Source: Carcharhinus longimanus (Eukaryota). Taken from it: DNA of 54,183 nt. Position 1 is the stretch's first letter, and each line of letters starts with the position of its first letter. Location of the stretch: the NCBI GenBank assembly GCA_030264375.1, contig JASCQW010000168.1, forward strand, positions 12,684,197 to 12,738,379, written 5' to 3'. Below the pieces are notes generated by a model. That model saw nothing but the letters and a program-made list of their open reading frames with translations, searched no databases and was not told the DNA's origin. A program made the position numbers and the translations under genes. Positions 52,045-54,183 of the stretch are shown one piece after another.

Positions 52045-52345
52045 AAGTTTAAATTTATTTATTAGTTCACGAGTAGGCTTACATTAACACTGCAATGAAG
52101 TTACTGTGAAAATCCTCTAATGGCTACACTCTACTGCTTGCATTGTACATTGAGGTAGAATTTAGCATGGCCAATGCATCTAACCAGCAGGTCTTTCAGA
52201 CTGGGAGAGGAAGCCAGAGCATTCGCAGGGAACCCACGCATACACAGGGAGAACATGCAGACTCCACACAGAGTGTGATCCAAACTAGGAATCGAACCTG
52301 GGTTCCCGGTGCTGTGAGGCAGCAGGGCTAACCACTGTGCTGCCC
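52045..52345 (-). mobile_element. HE1-related SINE, type-2 tail
   Basis: gggcagcacagtggttagcc head, ggttcgattcc B box and gcagtgttaatgtaagcctac..taataaataaa tail. Confidence 0.85.
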
Positions 52346-54108
52346 ATTAACAATGGTTGGAACTTTCTGGCTATTTATGCTGCAGTTAATGGAGATTCAA
52401 CTGAGCAACAAATTCTCCATCCTCGCTTGCAGCAGCAGCAGGGCATAAACGCCAGNNNNNNNNNNNNNNNNNNNNNNNNNNNNNNNNNNNNNNNNNNNNN
52501 NNNNNNNNNNNNNNNNNNNNNNNNNNNNNNNNNNNNNNNNNNNNNNNNNNNNNNNNNNNNNNNNNNNNNNNNNNNNNNNNNNNNNNNNNNNNNNNNNNNN
52601 NNNNNNNNNNNNNNNNNNNNNNNNNNNNNNNNNNNNNNNNNNNNNNNNNNNNNNNNNNNNNNNNNNNNNNNNNNNNNNNNNNNNNNNNNNNNNNNNNNNN
52701 NNNNNNNNNNNNNNNNNNNNNNNNNNNNNNNNNNNNNNNNNNNNNNNNNNNNNNNNNNNNNNNNNNNNNNNNNNNNNNNNNNNNNNNNNNNNNNNNNNNN
52801 NNNNNNNNNNNNNNNNNNNNNNNNNNNNNNNNNNNNNNNNNNNNNNNNNNNNNNNNNNNNNNNNNNNNNNNNNNNNNNNNNNNNNNNNNNNNNNNNNNNN
52901 NNNNNNNNNNNNNNNNNNNNNNNNNNNNNNNNNNNNNNNNNNNNNNNNNNNNNNNNNNNNNNNNNNNNNNNNNNNNNNNNNNNNNNNNNNNNNNNNNNCA
53001 GGCTCCTATCATGTTGAACCATAGTGTGTGCTTTCAACGGGACAAAGAAGGCAAGCACTGAGAATAGATAACATTATCACTTGGGGCATTCTGAGTTAGA
53101 GACAGCTTGGTAAAATTCAGAGCTTTAATTTATGCTTGCACTGTGCCTTAGTCCTCATTCTCGCATTGTGTAACATCTTTATTTTGCACACTAGGCTTTT
53201 TCAAAACTTTGCTCAGATTAAGATTGCCTATTTTAGACTAGAGAGAGAATAGCTCTGTGTACACCGTTAGAACTGGGGTGAAATTGTTCAAGCTTATTTT
53301 ACATTCACCTCTCCCAGCCAGCAAATAAAGAAAACTTTAATCCATTTGGCTGAGCTGGCCTTGAATTTGGGTGTCAGAGTTGAAGGATAATGCTTCACTT
53401 ACTAAACCATCTAGCCTTCACACTGCGCATTTTTGCACATCGACCCAGTTCTACATTGAATGAGCACATGACCTTGTCACTGAAGTACAAAGTGGCTTTG
53501 TCACATGTCCCTACTTTTGAATTCATTCTGACATGAAGTCCAATCCAAACTTCAAGTCAGGGCAAATCTGGAGATCAAAGTTTATACATTTCACATTGAA
53601 TTAAGAGGAAAATGTAGAGCTGTGCAGAGGTAAGGCTCCATATCTTGTATCAGGCAACAGCAATTTCCATTTCTATAGTGCTCTATATGCAAGGAAGTGC
53701 CTCAAACCCCTTGCTGGAGTGATGCATAACCAGTAGATGTTGAGTGGGAGAAGACAGAATTCCATGGTTGAAGATGAGAGCCTAAGCAAATGTTTGTAGG
53801 CAAGAGAGATACTGTAACAGCCAGCTGCAACAGAGACGGGCAAAAAGGCTGGAGTAATTTACTGCTGGTGGAATAGATCCATGTTCAGACTGTCAGGTAT
53901 ACACAAGGACAAAGGTGCAGCTCATGTAAATGAGACCTGGGGCATTAATCAAGGTATGTAACGGTCATTCTTGGGGGAAATACTTTGTACAACTGAAGCA
54001 GTGGTAAGAGTGTTCCAACACTCTGCATTTAAAGGAATTAATCAGAGCTTACTAATGAGCTTAAAGTCAGTGTTGGAGACGAGAGTCAAAAATTGTTTGT
54101 TTACTTAA

Positions 54109-54183
54109 TCAAAAACTGCAGGAAATGACAAGCCTATGAATGCACTGGACAGATACTCTGTGTACATATCATTTTCTACACCT
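54109..54183 (-). CDS. KCNMA1: KCNMA1 exon, 5'-truncated by the window: GVENDMYTEYLSSAFIGLSFPAVF(E)
   Basis: Matches Slo1 EGV.NEMYTEYLSSAFVGLSFP.VCE. The donor reads ttaagt rather than gtaagt, consistent with low-quality end sequence. Confidence 0.9.

Noticed and set aside
52337-53058. ORFs of more than 200 aa
   Set aside because: They consist almost entirely of N-gap translation.

Overview
This is eukaryotic genomic DNA from a cartilaginous fish, most likely a shark, judged from HE1-type SINEs, CR1/L2 LINE fragments and Penelope-type inverted repeats. It is a gapped draft scaffold. The whole window lies inside KCNMA1 (Slo1/BK channel alpha subunit) on the minus strand, covering RCK1 and the RCK1-RCK2 linker. 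I can place six constitutive exons (EGV..SFPAV, LCFVKLK..RES, ILINPG..EVK, AFFYCKACH..KR, QDENP..PKLM, HDPL..KVIL). At splice site C1 there is a 12-nt SRKR-like microexon encoding GAKR. The ~30 kb C2 intron holds the 9-nt IY(F/S) microexon, the 174-nt STREX exon and a 33-nt KYGYNGYISS exon. It also holds a decayed tandem duplicate of that 33-nt exon and three further frame-preserving candidate cassette exons (120, 150 and 237 nt) that I do not recognise. In the same intron, on the opposite strand, is a GC-rich island with an intact 1.15 kb HIPK4-like kinase exon whose N-terminal exons are not visible; it may be a nested gene, a transduced fragment or a misassembly. Apparent inactivating changes in two KCNMA1 exons sit at contig edges and are probably base-call errors. 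Gene and repeat identities come from recalled sequences and hand alignment, not from searches.
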